Shown here one piece after another: positions 61,254 to 64,000 of a stretch of 64,000 nt of DNA (position 1 is its first letter; the number at the start of each line of letters is the position of its first letter). A program made the position numbers and the translations under genes. Source of the DNA: Torpedo marmorata (Eukaryota); NCBI GenBank assembly GCA_977017645.1, contig OZ360236.1:18476001-18540000 (forward strand), written 5' to 3'. Below the pieces are notes generated by a model. That model saw only the letters and a program-made list of their open reading frames with translations. It was not told the DNA's origin and did no database searches.

Positions 61254-64000
61254 ATATTTCTTTTTCATTTTTCACTGCTACTTTGTCCTTCCCTATCTGT
61301 ATAAACTCCTTTATCCCAACCATACCTTGAATTTTCATTAAAGTTGAGCTTTTTAGGATATCCCTACACACCCATGTCTTTATCTATGTGGTGCCTGATT
61401 CTTATCCTCATTCCCCTCTGCCTGAAGCCTCCAATTATTTATTGGGAAGTCTCTATATTACCAATTGTATCTTGGCATTAATTTCACAAGATATAGTTTT
61501 CACAAGATAATAGGAGCAGAAGTAGGCACATTGGCCCATCGAGTCTGTTTCTGATCATTCCTCTGATATGACTTGGGTCAATGTTAAGTGAGCTTTATAG
61601 AGTTAAATTGTTATTTTTATTCTTGTTACTTGAGTACAGTTGAAGATATGGATACTTTGATGGAAAATGATATAGATCAACATTGGAGTTTGGGGTCTAA
61701 ACATTTGAATCTTGCTGATTGTACATGATACATGGGTGCCAATCTCCAGGAAGTTTGTTATACTCCGTTCCCTGTATAAATTGCAAGTCCCTTGTATTGC
61801 ACGACAGTCAGGTTCCTGATTCTAGTGGTGAGCAAGTCCTTGTAAGTCAAGTAGCAGATGTCAAACCTTGAGATTGCAGCTTTTTGTCAAATGACGTGGC
61901 ACGCCCATTGAAAGGGAGAAATGATCTTGGGTTGGATGATGGATTCTCTGCTGTCTTCTTGCTGCTGCAGAACTTGCTCCTGTTGCTCTAGCCTCTGCCC
62001 CTCTGCTTTCCCCTTGTGAACGGCACTATATAAATCTAAGTCTTCCAAGTTTAATTCTACAATTCGAGGGATTTGCTCCACCTAATTGGTCAAAAATGTA
62101 ATTGGGCAATACAAGGATAATGACAATGCTGCACAAAGATCAAAATTGATTTGACACCAGACCAGAGATTGATCAGCTCATGATTAGAATGGTGGAGCAG
62201 TCTATGGGCCGATGAGCCTACTTCTGCAATATCTTGTGAACTAGGTGAGCTTCTTTGCAGAGGGAATTTCACAAATTCACTCATTCTGGTTTTGAGAGAT
62301 TAGTTGATGCATGTTATTACGCTGCTGCATCCATTTTAAGAATAAAATGCTTATTTCACACTTATTTAAGGGTGATTGCATTGTTCCTCTCTGAAAAGAT
62401 CAGACGTCAGCACAATGAATGACCATCCAGGAGGACCTCTGATTTTGCTGAGCTGAGCGAATTTATTCGGGGTGATGGGAGATGCTAGAATATCTGGCCT
62501 TGTTTCCGGTGTGCATATCTAGAGCATATGTGGTCATTGTGAGCATGTGCAAGTGCTCGTGTAAACCAATAATGAATCATTGTGTCTCCATTTTATGTGT
62601 ATGTATTTAATAACAAAATTAGTTACACATTAGTCATCAGTGTTTACCAATGCAAATGAAGCCTTTATATTTTCCAGTGAAGCTAAAGATGTCAATACCT
62701 CTTGAATTTTTCTTAGTGACACCTAACTGCCTTGTGTCTCCAATCTCTTCTCATGAGTCCAGTTCATGATTAATGGAAGAATTAAAAGTATGTGCTTTGC
62801 ATAAAAGGATATGTAATTGCTCAGTTAACTATTTTACACTTTTCACAAAATATAGAGAGAAATTTAGAATTTAACACTCAAAGTTGTATATTGAGACCTA
62901 TTGTAACACCTGATATGTTACAAATTGTGTGGTTTATTATAACAACACGGATTAACACAGTTATGCCAGTGTAATTTACGACGCCTTTTCAAATTTTAAC
63001 TTGTTCTCTTTTAATGTTTTCTATATTGTGTTTATTCTTCCCCTTTTCATTTTGCAAGGTTTGTGAGGCTAATGCACAGTACTGGAAGCTCGACAGTAGT
63101 AAATATTTCCTGTCGTGACTGATGTCTCTACATTTCCCCAACCCCTCATTGTTCAGCCTATTAACATTTAGGCTGTCAGCCCTAGGCAGTGACAGCTTTG
63201 GCTTTGGACCAAAAGTCAAAAATTGCTTTATGACCTAGACAAAATGATCGGGTGAAGTGAAGCTTGGACTGCTTCCTATTGAGGTTGCTCAGTCTGATGA
63301 TCTCAAAATGTGTGACTCTCACTACCTTGACACTGATGAGCAGAGAACTATTTTCTTGCTCTGTTACTTCTCATCACCAGAGTCCCTTTGAAGGTGGGGG
63401 GGTAGAGATTGCATTGGCTCCACTTCCAATGGATTGGTCCCTTATCCTGTGCCTGCTTCAGTCACACTGTCCAAGAGAAACTCAGGGTGATGATAGAGAT
63501 GCCCCAATAACTCTGCTTGATGCTCCTGGGAGGCATAAAGTCAGCCAGAATTGTTCTTCCTTTCCCTATTCAGTGACTCACTAGATGTAGACAGATTGAA
63601 TGTGGGCAGGACTGTGCTTGCCTGTAATATTGAAATAGCTCATAGTGCTTTTTGTCTGGTTTCCCTGATAATTATTTAGGTGAAATTCAGATGACTGGCG
63701 TCCTGGAATCAGAGGACAGGAAGGATTCAATGCCTTCAGGAGAGGAGGAGGAAAAACTAGGGAGGCATGATAGAGGAACTATTATAAATCTTAGTAATGC
63801 ATTCACTTTCTCAGAGGCTACTAAATAATTTTAAACTTGGCTAATTGCTTTGAAACCGACAGACAAAATGCATCCCCACGGCAAGCTGCAACTTCAGCTC
63901 TTGTTACTGAAGCCAAATTTAGTTTTGTGTAAGAACATCCTGCCACTTTACTCTGTCTGCTGCAGTTGAGATGAGCTACATTCCCTCCACAAGAATAGTA

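Noticed and set aside
58400-64000. A neighbouring gene downstream of ZMYND8
   Set aside because: No recognisable exon on either strand. The ORFs there are repeat-derived or unassignable.

Overview
Vertebrate genomic DNA, AT-rich and repeat-dense. The repeat repertoire (V-SINE/HE1-like SINEs, CR1, Rex1/Babar, Penelope, L1) points to a cartilaginous fish, probably a ray; this species call is inference. The window holds most of one + strand gene, ZMYND8 (PRKCBP1/RACK7: PHD-bromodomain-PWWP ... coiled-coil-MYND). I traced 18 coding exons by hand from 14007 to 57410. All have GT-AG boundaries and consistent phases, and they sum to 3336 nt (1111 aa + stop). The N-terminal exons lie upstream of the window, and a 3'UTR runs to about 58.3 kb. 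Introns contain two 5'-truncated antisense L1 copies with clear TSDs, CR1/Rex1/Penelope fragments, about 12 SINE copies, and DNA-transposon derivatives (Tigger/Tc2-like MITEs, hAT MITEs, an internally deleted Chapaev3 element). Most notable: (i) the terminal exon can be read in two frames, with a candidate 82-nt cassette exon acting as the switch; (ii) the Chapaev3 remnant; (iii) an uncharacterised ~540-bp non-autonomous retroposon family; (iv) several strong intronic hairpins. There are no prokaryotic systems, CRISPR arrays or genuine tRNA/rRNA genes. Comparisons to human ZMYND8 and to repeat consensuses are from memory and need alignment.
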